Below, in pieces: positions 1-8,039 of a stretch of DNA of 62,076 nucleotides. Made by a program: the position numbers and the translations under genes. The notes under the pieces were generated by a model, which did no database searches, had not been told where the DNA came from, and saw only the letters and a list, made by a program, of their open reading frames with translations. The DNA lies in the IMG/VR virus record IMGVR_UViG_3300023235_000025. One strand, 5' to 3'. This DNA comes from a virus. How positions within the stretch are numbered: position 1 is the first letter of the stretch; every line of letters begins with the position of its first letter.

Positions 1-127
1 TATCAAACGTAAAATCAGTTGAAAATATATCTGACGAGTGGGTTGATTTGTGGCAACAAGTTGAGTTATGGTATGGAGACATTCAGAAAAAAGAGACTGG
101 ACAGCAGCTATTGGAAAGGCTTCAATC
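1..127. repeat. Terminal overlap, identical to 61950-62076
   Basis: Base-by-base comparison of the two contig ends gives exact 127-nt identity. An ORF reads across the junction. Confidence 0.95.
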
Positions 128-158
128 CAATTTTGACTTGAAGCGGTTTGGTAAATGA
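1..158 (+). CDS. 3' part of a 61-aa hypothetical ORF that starts at 61922 and wraps the junction
   Basis: The frame continues from ATG 61922 through the overlap to TGA 156-158. Confidence 0.5.
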   Translation, partial: SNVKSVENISDEWVDLWQQVELWYGDIQKKETGQQLLERLQSNFDLKRFGK

Positions 159-263
159 ATGCTAACGGTTTGTGTATGAAAAGTAGCCCATACACAGGCG
201 TTCTGAATTATTACAAAACTTAATTAGGCTATTTTTTATACACATTGTTATAAACCGTTTATT

Positions 264-443
264 ATGGATTTTCACGAAAGAAAACAAAAGAGAAAAGAGC
301 ATTTTGAGAAATATGAAAAAGGATGGAAAGATAGACCTTGTGGTGCTTGTAATGGAAGTGGTTATTATGACCATAACGGAAGCCCAAAATGTGGTGCTTG
401 TAATGGCACAGGAAAAGAGAAGTGCAAGTCAAATGGTTTATAA
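264..443 (+). CDS. Small Cys-rich protein with two CxxCxGxG (DnaJ-type zinc-finger) motifs
   Basis: 59-aa ORF below the track cutoff: ...RPCGACNGSGYYDHNGSPKCGACNGTGKEKC... Same strand as its neighbours. It explains the region better than antisense track ORFs 162..374 and 262..477. Confidence 0.6.
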   Translation: MDFHERKQKRKEHFEKYEKGWKDRPCGACNGSGYYDHNGSPKCGACNGTGKEKCKSNGL

Positions 444-579
444 CGTTTAATGTATGGCAAGTAGCCGATTTAAGCACGGAATTTAGTAGATAAACAAATA
501 TTAATAATTAAGCAAATAGTTTCAAAAAGACCCGTAACACGGCTATTTGCTATACATAGTGTTATAGGGCGTTTTTATT

Positions 580-978
580 ATGGTACTTGGATTTAAACCT
601 CAATTTGTAGATAAAATCATTAGCGAAAAGAAACTACATACTATTAGAGAGGATAAGAATAGACGATGGAAAGTAGGTAATGACATCCATTTTGCGACTG
701 GAATTAGAACTAAAAAATACAACCAATTTTATAAAAGCCGTTGTAAAAAAATAGACGAAATTGAAATAATTTGGAACCATCCATTTAGGGCAGACTTCAA
801 TTCAAGTAGTTGCGTAATGATTGATGGTAAAGGATATTTTTCTGTAATTGTAAACGGAAGAAGATTAGGCTATTCAGAAATATCACACTTAGCAAAAAAT
901 GATGGCTTTAATGGTGTAGAAGATTTTGCAGATTGGTTTAATGCAGATTTTATTGGACGTTTAATCCATTGGTTCTAA
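580..978 (+). CDS. Hypothetical protein with weak ASCH-like N-terminus
   Basis: 132-aa ORF. N-terminus KPQFVDKIISEKKLHTIRED resembles ASCH-domain phage proteins, from memory only. Confidence 0.5.
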   Translation: MVLGFKPQFVDKIISEKKLHTIREDKNRRWKVGNDIHFATGIRTKKYNQFYKSRCKKIDEIEIIWNHPFRADFNSSSCVMIDGKGYFSVIVNGRRLGYSEISHLAKNDGFNGVEDFADWFNADFIGRLIHWF

Positions 979-1037
979 TGCCCTATAACGCTAAGGCTAT
1001 GCACTGATTTTTAACGGATTTAAAACACAAAACAAAA

Positions 1038-1286
1038 ATGGATATTGAACAAAAAGTAAAAACTAAATTATTAATAAGAGGATTTAGTAATGAAAACCTA
1101 CTTAATAACAGAGGTTTGATAGGTGCTACAACTGATGAAGCTATACTTGAGGTAGTTAAAAATTTGGGTATAGCCAATGTTAGCAACCAAAGGGAACTGT
1201 TACTTGCTTTCGCAGGATGGTTATACGGAAACCTTGATAAAGAAGTAGAGGAAAGGATAGTTGATGATTACTTAAAAAGCAAGTAA
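1038..1286 (+). CDS. Hypothetical protein
   Basis: 82-aa ORF, co-oriented with neighbours and flanked by conserved intergenic modules. Confidence 0.55.
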   Translation: MDIEQKVKTKLLIRGFSNENLLNNRGLIGATTDEAILEVVKNLGIANVSNQRELLLAFAGWLYGNLDKEVEERIVDDYLKSK

Positions 1287-1343
1287 TTGTTGCTAACGTA
1301 TGGTAATAAGATTTGTGGCTTTTCGCCATTAATTTTATTACGT

Positions 1344-1358
1344 GTTACCTACTGGTGC
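1344..1358. repeat. Left inverted repeat GTTACCTACTGGTGC flanking the beta-class MTase gene
   Basis: Pairs with 2267-2281. Confidence 0.85.
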
Positions 1359-1450
1359 GACTTTAAACGCCTAAACTTAATTAATAGAACTGAACCTTTT
1401 TCTTTTCTTTTTTGAGCGTTGGTAAAATTAATTTGATAAAATTAAAATAT

Positions 1451-2266
1451 ATGGAACGAATACCTTTTAACGAAAACAGAAACGAGGATTGTTTAGAAAC
1501 TATGGCAAATATGCCAAATGATTTTTTAGACTTAACAATCACATCTCCACCGTATGACGATATGAGGACATATAACGGATATTGCTTTGACTTTGAAAGT
1601 GTAGCAAAAGAACTGTTTAGAGTAACTAAAAACGGTGGTGTAGTTGTTTGGGTTGTTAATGATAAAACAAGCAAGGGAACTGAAAGCCTAACGAGTTTTA
1701 AACAAGCGTTATATTTTAGCGAATGTGGGTTTAACGTTGAAACCATGATTTGGGAAAAAACTGGAAGTGGGTGCTTGGGCAGTAATAAATTTTACGGACA
1801 AAATTTTGAGTATATGTTCGTTTTTACTAAAGGTATGCCAATTACGACTAACTTAATTTATGATAGACCAAACAAAGTAAAAAGCGGAAAAGTAAAGGTT
1901 AATGGTGGTCTGGATAAGAGTGGAAAAGGGAAAAATAGAATAGTTGAAAGGAAACCTTTTGGTAAAAGAAACAATATTTGGCGTTTTGATACTCAAAAAA
2001 ATAGCGAGCACCCTGCACCGTTTCCTGAAAAATTAGTAAACGACCACATAATAACTTGGACAAATGAGGGTGATTTGGTTTATGACCCATTTAACGGAAG
2101 CGGAACAACTGCCAAAATGAGTATTTTAAATAACCGTAATTGGATTGGAAGCGAAATATCAAATGAATATTGTGATATTATTGAAGAACGAGTAAAAAAA
2201 GCGTTGGAAGAAAAAAGAAAAGAAAAAGAGATTGAATCACCAACTTTGTTTAATGAACTGAATTAA
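1451..2266 (+). CDS. DNA methyltransferase, beta-class N6-adenine/N4-cytosine type
   Basis: Motif IV (TITSPPYDD) precedes motif I (DPFNGSGTT). The ATG at 1451 is preferred over the TTG at 1412. Confidence 0.85.
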   Translation: MERIPFNENRNEDCLETMANMPNDFLDLTITSPPYDDMRTYNGYCFDFESVAKELFRVTKNGGVVVWVVNDKTSKGTESLTSFKQALYFSECGFNVETMIWEKTGSGCLGSNKFYGQNFEYMFVFTKGMPITTNLIYDRPNKVKSGKVKVNGGLDKSGKGKNRIVERKPFGKRNNIWRFDTQKNSEHPAPFPEKLVNDHIITWTNEGDLVYDPFNGSGTTAKMSILNNRNWIGSEISNEYCDIIEERVKKALEEKRKEKEIESPTLFNELN

Positions 2267-2281
2267 GCACTTGTAGGTAAC
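2267..2281. repeat. Right inverted repeat GCACTTGTAGGTAAC flanking the beta-class MTase gene
   Basis: Starts immediately after the TAA stop. Confidence 0.85.
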
Positions 2282-2348
2282 AAGCGGCTAAAGTTAATTC
2301 CTCTAACCAAAACCTTTTTATTTTAGTTTAAAAGTGGTATATTGTGGT

Positions 2349-2588
2349 ATGGTTTCAAAGTGGAGAATAGAAGGTATTGAGGGATATGTCTTTGGAGAAG
2401 ACTGTAAATTGTACCGACTCCCTTTTAGATCAGGGAGAAATAACTTTGGCGTGAGAGAGATAAAAAAGCAATACCCTAATCGGTACAGGATAAACGGGGA
2501 ATGGTGGAGTGAAAAACAGTTAAAAGACAAGCTTTATATTGATGAATCCCCTATTGAATTATTTAAAACTAAAAATTTACCGTTCTGA
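2349..2588 (+). CDS. Hypothetical protein
   Basis: ORF 2334..2588. First ATG at 2349. Ends in NLPF. Confidence 0.5.
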   Translation: MVSKWRIEGIEGYVFGEDCKLYRLPFRSGRNNFGVREIKKQYPNRYRINGEWWSEKQLKDKLYIDESPIELFKTKNLPF

Positions 2589-2788
2589 TGATTAACACTC
2601 ACGACTTAACAGAAAAGCTACCATCTAGGAGCAAGTGTGAATATTGTAACAGGTTCGTGAAAAGAGGATTAATAAATATGGTTAGGCACGTCAATAATGA
2701 TTGCCCGGCTAATAAACCAGTATTTATAACGAGTATGTCGAATGAGGAAATAAGACACCTTCTTAATGAAATGTTTGCATATGTTTAA
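2588..2788 (+). CDS. Small C2HC zinc-finger protein
   Basis: KCEYCNRFVKRGLINMVRHVNNDC. Shares the CEYCNR core with ORF 6290..6646. Confidence 0.5.
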   Translation: MINTHDLTEKLPSRSKCEYCNRFVKRGLINMVRHVNNDCPANKPVFITSMSNEEIRHLLNEMFAYV

Positions 2789-3095
2789 CCCTCAACCAAA
2801 ACCAGTAAAGAAACCGAAAAAAAAGAAGAGAAGCATGCTCGAATTCTTCCTTGAAATATGGGATGAGCGCCCCCATAAAAGCGAAATAAGCGGGGAGCCA
2901 TTATTACCAAAAGGACACCCTAAATGGCACTTCCAATTCCTTCATGTTTTAGGAAAACAGGCATTTCCTAAATTTAAGCTTGAAAAATGGAACATCATGC
3001 TAGCCTTACCAAGTGAGCATAAAAATCAAGAGCAATACGAGATTTTTAGAAATAGGAGAGATAAATTAAAAGAGTTGTACCACAAAACCAAATAA
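2766..3095 (+). CDS. Conserved-looking phage protein, function unknown
   Basis: 109-aa ORF with a basic N-terminus, then FFLEIWDERPHKSEISGEPL...HVLGK. An alternative start lies at 2781. Confidence 0.5.
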   Translation: MKCLHMFNPQPKPVKKPKKKKRSMLEFFLEIWDERPHKSEISGEPLLPKGHPKWHFQFLHVLGKQAFPKFKLEKWNIMLALPSEHKNQEQYEIFRNRRDKLKELYHKTK

Positions 3096-3105
3096 AAAAA
3101 TTGTA

Positions 3106-3522
3106 ATGGCAGGAGTTAATAAAGTAATACTATTAGGACATCTCGGTAAAGATCCAGAGGTTAAGCATTTAGAAGGGGATAATGTAGTTGCCAACCTCAC
3201 ACTGGCAACATCCGAATCCTACAAAGATAAGTCGGGTAATAAAGTAGACACTACCGAGTGGCATGATCTGGAACTATGGGACGGTCAGGCCCGGGTGGCA
3301 GAGCAATATTTGAAAAAAGGCAGCCAGATCTATGTGGAGGGTAAGATCAAGACCGATTCTTGGAAAGATGATCAAGGCAACAATCGAAAAAGAACCAAGG
3401 TCAGAGTCATTTCTTTCACCATGCTCGGAGGGGGACAATCTAACCAGTCTACCCCAAGCAAGCCTAAAGAGCCAGACATAAATACTACCACGGACGATGA
3501 GAGTGATGCACTCCCCTTCTGA
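3106..3522 (+). CDS. ssb: Single-stranded DNA-binding protein
   Basis: OB-fold signature NKVILLGHLGKDPE...TEWHDLELWDGQA...IYVEGKI, a Gly/Ser/Pro linker and an acidic C-terminal tip DDESDALPF. Confidence 0.9.
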   Translation: MAGVNKVILLGHLGKDPEVKHLEGDNVVANLTLATSESYKDKSGNKVDTTEWHDLELWDGQARVAEQYLKKGSQIYVEGKIKTDSWKDDQGNNRKRTKVRVISFTMLGGGQSNQSTPSKPKEPDINTTTDDESDALPF

Positions 3523-3523
3523 T

Positions 3524-3907
3524 ATGGCCAAATGGACTAGATCATCTATAAAAAAGAGTATGGTTTCTGGGGAAATCGAGGAGTCATACTCTTTATTTGA
3601 AAAACTACTCACTTCCGAGATAGCAAAACCAGTAAGGGAGTTCATGTTTCATCCTAAAAGAAAGTGGAGATCAGACTTTTCTTATCCAGATATCAAGCTG
3701 GCCATAGAAATCGAAGGTGGGGCGAGAACAAGGGGAAGACATACTAGAGGGCAGGGGTTTATTGATGACATGGAAAAGTATAATGCAATGACCGAGCTAG
3801 GATGGCGATTACTAAGGTTTATTCCCCAGGATTTAACAAAATCCACAACAATAGACCAAATTAAGATATGCTACTCCACTCGTATAGTATTTCTACCGCC
3901 TGTGTAA
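3524..3907 (+). CDS. PD-(D/E)XK endonuclease, Vsr/DUF559-like
   Basis: WRSDFSYPDIKLAIEIEGGARTRGRHTRGQGFIDDMEKYNAMTELGWRLLRF. The ATG at 3524 lies immediately after the ssb stop. Confidence 0.55.
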   Translation: MAKWTRSSIKKSMVSGEIEESYSLFEKLLTSEIAKPVREFMFHPKRKWRSDFSYPDIKLAIEIEGGARTRGRHTRGQGFIDDMEKYNAMTELGWRLLRFIPQDLTKSTTIDQIKICYSTRIVFLPPV

Positions 3908-3948
3908 CTGTCCTTTGAAGTTTATTAATATTTATCAACCTTTAACAT

Positions 3949-4257
3949 ATGAATAAATTATCAAAATTCCTGTTCGGGAATAGATCCAAATTAGCTAGTC
4001 TCTTTATGTATGCGATACATAGTGATTACACTTCCTACTGCACATTTGCAAGGAGGAGTAAAATCACTTCTCATGACATATATACGGGGCTGGAATTAGT
4101 TGATATCCGATTGGAAGAAAGTATTTCCACCTCAAATCTGCACGATGTGGATTTCAGAAAGAAAACATTGAGGGAATTATTCGTTCTAATAAAAAAAGAA
4201 AAAGAAACCATAATAAAAGACATATCGTATGACGTCGCAAAAAATACCCAGAATTGA
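3949..4257 (+). CDS. Hypothetical protein
   Basis: 102-aa ORF in an operon context. Confidence 0.45.
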   Translation: MNKLSKFLFGNRSKLASLFMYAIHSDYTSYCTFARRSKITSHDIYTGLELVDIRLEESISTSNLHDVDFRKKTLRELFVLIKKEKETIIKDISYDVAKNTQN

Positions 4258-4519
4258 CTATCCTAAAAGAGGAGAGCTAAAATCTTACATTTTAATAAGT
4301 AAAGCAGTAAAGAGAGTCAGATTATTGAGTAAAGAGGTGATCAAAAGCGTATTCTCTCCTAAGCAAACATTATCCAATAATGACTACGAAGACCACGTAT
4401 CAAAGCTTCACGGGAAAATACTAGGGTCTGATCTTGAATCAGTAGAAAAGTCATTGAAATTGTCCGGTAAGGAATTAGTGCTGTTTGTCAATAAAATCAA
4501 AACATCAAAATATAAATAA
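4229..4519 (+). CDS. Hypothetical protein
   Basis: 96-aa ORF in an operon context. Confidence 0.45.
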   Translation: MTSQKIPRIDYPKRGELKSYILISKAVKRVRLLSKEVIKSVFSPKQTLSNNDYEDHVSKLHGKILGSDLESVEKSLKLSGKELVLFVNKIKTSKYK

Positions 4520-4520
4520 A

Positions 4521-5414
4521 ATGGAAGATCAAGAAGATTTCAGTGTAGAGCAAATATCTATCAGTCAAGAAGAGGGCGCTATAAATGCCCAGGTAGCAAC
4601 TGCTCATGCGTACCCCAGAAACATTAAGGGGGCTCTAAACGATGCTATAGCTACTGTTACTATGGATGTCGAGACAGCGCAAACATGTAACTACTCCCTA
4701 CCTAGAGGGGGTAAGACTATTTCGGGCCCGAGTGTTCATTTGGCCAAAATACTTGCCCAAACATGGGGGAATATGAGGGTTGAAGCAAAAATATCCGCAA
4801 TAGATAGCGGAACCATAACTTCGCAAGCTGTAGCGTTTGATTTACAAAAGAACTTAGCGATTAAGATTGAAGTAAAGAGGTCTATCATGACTAAAAACGG
4901 CAGGATGAAGGATGATATGATCACTGTTACTGGAAACGCCGCCAATGCTATAGCTATGAGAAACGCTATTTTGTCTGTAATCCCAAAAGCTGTTGTAGAT
5001 AAAGTGTACAACGCAGCCAAATCACTTATTACCGGAGATGTTTCAGATGAAGTGAAGATGGTCAAGAAAAGGAACAATGTCCTTGAAATGTTTGACGGTA
5101 AACTTAATGTTTCAGAAGCGGAAGTTTTAGCTTTGCTAGGGAAGGGCAAAAGGGAGAATATTGACGCTGACGATCTTGTAACCCTTATAGGTGTAGCTCA
5201 AGCAATAAAGGACGGGGACACTACAGTAGAAGATACTTTCCGACCTAAGAAAAGTGTTTCTCCGAAAAAAGACCTAGAGGCCGAGAGGGTGTCTGGCTTT
5301 ATTGGTAAAGCGAAAACTTTAGATGACCTTGAAATGCTAAAAGACAACCTTACTCCTGAGACTGAACTTGCATGGAAGGCTAAATGGATAAAATTGGGAG
5401 GGGAAAATGAGTAG
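4521..5414 (+). CDS. Putative recombination protein (candidate single-strand annealing protein)
   Basis: About 297 aa. Lies directly upstream of, and overlaps, a PD-(D/E)XK exonuclease gene, with ssb nearby. The call rests on gene context only. Confidence 0.4.
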   Translation: MEDQEDFSVEQISISQEEGAINAQVATAHAYPRNIKGALNDAIATVTMDVETAQTCNYSLPRGGKTISGPSVHLAKILAQTWGNMRVEAKISAIDSGTITSQAVAFDLQKNLAIKIEVKRSIMTKNGRMKDDMITVTGNAANAIAMRNAILSVIPKAVVDKVYNAAKSLITGDVSDEVKMVKKRNNVLEMFDGKLNVSEAEVLALLGKGKRENIDADDLVTLIGVAQAIKDGDTTVEDTFRPKKSVSPKKDLEAERVSGFIGKAKTLDDLEMLKDNLTPETELAWKAKWIKLGGENE

Positions 5415-6282
5415 TAAGATTTTAGACTTTAGCAAATGGCTATGCCGAGCATCGCAGTCATCGAAATTAATGACCGGAACCCTGGGGATAACTAGCAATC
5501 AAGAAGCAACCCTTCAAAAGCTAGAGGATAAAATTGCATCAGGAAAACCCCTCACTCCCCTACAGGAAATTGAATACAATAAGCTCTTGTGTTCTAAAGC
5601 CGATAGGAGTCTTCCCAAAACCGCACAATCCTATTTAAGGGCTGAACATAGGGAAATGAAGTATGATCGAATCTTCCTGTTTACAAATAAGTACACCCAA
5701 AAGGGAATACTTCAAGAAGATGAAAGTATAACGCTACTATCGAATCATTTAGGTGTTCCTCTATTTAAAAACGAAGAGAGAAGAGAGAATAAATTCTTTA
5801 CTGGATTACCAGATCTTACTCCTAAGATTATCAAGCACGGAATAGACGTAAAGTCATCATGGGAATTAGGCACTTTTCCTTACGATGGCGACCCTCTTGA
5901 TCCGGTTTATGAGTCTCAAAATCAGGTTTACATGAATCTTTGGGATTGTGACAGATGGGACACCGTTTACTGCTTAGTGAATGCCACCGATCAAATGGTT
6001 TATAATGAGAAGCAAAAATTCTATTATGCGCTAGGGCAGCCAGATTTAGAAGATCCAATCTATATAGGAATCTGCAAGGAAATTGAAAAGAAAATGATCT
6101 TCGATAAGAAACGTTTCGATGATGCCTACCCTATGTTTAATTGGGATACAGAAGATTGGACTTACGATATCCCAGAAGAAGATAGAGTTGTTTCCTTTAC
6201 CTCAATCAGAAACGATGAATACGTAAAAGAAATGGAAGAAAGGGTTGTTGTTGGCAGGGAATACTTGAAATCATTAAAATAA
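5407..6282 (+). CDS. PD-(D/E)XK exonuclease, YqaJ/lambda-Exo-like
   Basis: N-terminal CRASQSSKLMTG resembles YqaJ. Catalytic-like motif LPD...x10...IDVKSS. Confidence 0.5.
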   Translation: MSSKILDFSKWLCRASQSSKLMTGTLGITSNQEATLQKLEDKIASGKPLTPLQEIEYNKLLCSKADRSLPKTAQSYLRAEHREMKYDRIFLFTNKYTQKGILQEDESITLLSNHLGVPLFKNEERRENKFFTGLPDLTPKIIKHGIDVKSSWELGTFPYDGDPLDPVYESQNQVYMNLWDCDRWDTVYCLVNATDQMVYNEKQKFYYALGQPDLEDPIYIGICKEIEKKMIFDKKRFDDAYPMFNWDTEDWTYDIPEEDRVVSFTSIRNDEYVKEMEERVVVGREYLKSLK

Positions 6283-6289
6283 CCTAATC

Positions 6290-6646
6290 ATGAAAACCGA
6301 AACGAAAGAAATATACAAGTGTGAGTATTGCAATAGGCTTTACCAGTTGAAGCGTTTTTGCATCAAGCATGAAGAATCTTGTAAAAAACGCCCTGACTAT
6401 ATACGCCCATGCCATTCTTGTGTTCATTTAAAAAGGGTGGACGAGACCATTTGTGCTGGGTATGACGACGAGCACGGAGAAGAGGCTGAAAGAGTTGTTA
6501 GAGTTCTGTTTTGCGACAAGGTAGATTCTTTTATACACCCCCCGTCGGTTGCGGCAAAAGGAAATGCATTTGAGATGGAAAAGAAGAATATTGTAATGCC
6601 TAGAGAGTGCGCTTTTCATAAAGAACACAGTTATTTTTCCTCATAA
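6290..6646 (+). CDS. C2HC zinc-finger protein
   Basis: YKCEYCNRLYQLKRFCIKHEESC fits the classical (F/Y)xCxxCx3(F/Y)x5Lx2Hx3(H/C) spacing. More Cys residues follow downstream. Confidence 0.5.
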   Translation: MKTETKEIYKCEYCNRLYQLKRFCIKHEESCKKRPDYIRPCHSCVHLKRVDETICAGYDDEHGEEAERVVRVLFCDKVDSFIHPPSVAAKGNAFEMEKKNIVMPRECAFHKEHSYFSS

Positions 6647-6864
6647 CAATAAACCAGTTATGAAAGAGCATATAGATGAAATAATAAACCTACTAGCATT
6701 TAGGAAATGCACGACTTATAGCCGGACATTTAGAATATTATTAGGAATAAACTCTTGGGCTCAATTGCTTCTCATAATATACTCAGGTATTAAAATATAC
6801 TCATGTTTCATATACGGAAGAGTTTTTTAACAAAGCCATTCCATATTTAAAAACCACAGAAACC

Positions 6865-7050
6865 ATGTCGAAAAACAAAACAGAAATGACTCCCGCAATA
6901 CCGCCAGAAGACTACAAGGGCAGTCAAGCAGATTGGCACATTGCCCTAATTGAAAGAGATTTATGGGATGGAGAAGGGTGGCACGGTGATGTAGAAATAC
7001 CCTCTGATGTATGGTGGGAGATACTAGAACAATGTGAGGATGACCGTTAA
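6865..7050 (+). CDS. Hypothetical acidic protein
   Basis: 61-aa ORF just upstream of the integrase. Confidence 0.4.
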   Translation: MSKNKTEMTPAIPPEDYKGSQADWHIALIERDLWDGEGWHGDVEIPSDVWWEILEQCEDDR

Positions 7051-7073
7051 AATCTAAATTAAAACCAAAAACC

Positions 7074-8006
7074 ATGTCCATCAAAGAGCTAGTAAACGAA
7101 ATAAGGAGAAAATTAGTGAATAACGAGCTAACAAAAACCAATGGAACCAAGTATTCAGTTAGGACAGTTTCTTGTTACAATATTATCCTGTCCTCTCTGT
7201 TGGTTATAATGGGCGATTTTGACACTGATTCAGCATCTAAAAAAGATATTGATGCGTGGGTAAATGATATTCGGAGTCAGTTGAGAGATAAGGGCAATGA
7301 ATCTGTCACAGAAAACACTTACATATCGTGCCTGAAATGGGCTATAAACAAAGCCTCAGACGTTCTTGATGTAAATGTAGCTACTAAAGGGTCAGCATGG
7401 TCTAAGCTTCCTGATGATCACCAAATGATAGTCCCTGAGTATTCTCGTGTGATAGGTATGATTAAATCCTTTAAACCTGTGTCCGATCTGCAAGAAAAAG
7501 CATTCAAATACATAAAAGTCGCTGCTTTTACTGGTGCTAGGTACTCGGACATGAAATCATGGACTCATGAGAGGAATATCGTAGGAAATCATTTGGTTTA
7601 TATTCCAAAAAAGACAGGTGGTAAACTCATTAAAATACCCGTGCTCCCATTGTTTGATTTCGGGCAAACGAACTTACTCCCTGGAATACCTTACACCACC
7701 CTATTAAAAGAGGTGAAATCTATATTTAGATTGTCTGGATTTACCAGAGACGTGATACGAGAGAGAGAAGTTGGGAGCGAGAAGGTGTTCGTAAAAAATC
7801 AAGAGTGGGAATTAATGGGGCTTCACAGGCTCAGAGCATCGGCTATAACCGGAATGCTTCAAAATGGAATGACCGAGACAGAAGTAAAGTCATTCTCTGG
7901 GCATTCAATGGATTCTAAATCGTTCAAGAGGTATGTTGACTTAGACCACTCACATTTGGAGGATAAATATAGGGGGTTTATGAGCGGGATGCAGGGGTAT
8001 AGTTAA
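7074..8006 (+). CDS. int: Tyrosine recombinase / phage integrase
   Basis: Box I GARYSDM. C-terminal HRLRASAITGMLQNG...FSGHS...FKRYVD gives the R..H-x-x-R..Y catalytic pattern. Confidence 0.85.
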   Translation: MSIKELVNEIRRKLVNNELTKTNGTKYSVRTVSCYNIILSSLLVIMGDFDTDSASKKDIDAWVNDIRSQLRDKGNESVTENTYISCLKWAINKASDVLDVNVATKGSAWSKLPDDHQMIVPEYSRVIGMIKSFKPVSDLQEKAFKYIKVAAFTGARYSDMKSWTHERNIVGNHLVYIPKKTGGKLIKIPVLPLFDFGQTNLLPGIPYTTLLKEVKSIFRLSGFTRDVIREREVGSEKVFVKNQEWELMGLHRLRASAITGMLQNGMTETEVKSFSGHSMDSKSFKRYVDLDHSHLEDKYRGFMSGMQGYS

Positions 8007-8039
8007 AAATAACGGATTGTATAACAAAAGTTAAGAGAT

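Noticed and set aside
1-127. Biological direct terminal repeat
   Set aside because: The exact length of 127 nt is the signature of a k=127 assembly overlap on a circular path, and an ORF runs through it. Real termini cannot be inferred from the sequence alone.
162-477. Minus-strand track ORFs 162..374 and 262..477
   Set aside because: They are antisense to a compact plus-strand ORF (264..443) with a clear double CxxCxGxG motif, and they run through conserved intergenic modules. Every neighbouring gene is on the plus strand.
1344-2281. Integron-like attC sites flanking the MTase cassettes
   Set aside because: The motifs GGTAAC/GTTACC do not satisfy the RYYYAAC / GTTRRRY core consensus. No IntI-type integrase with its extra domain is evident, and no attI/Pc arrangement is present. 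Only the cassette concept is analogous.
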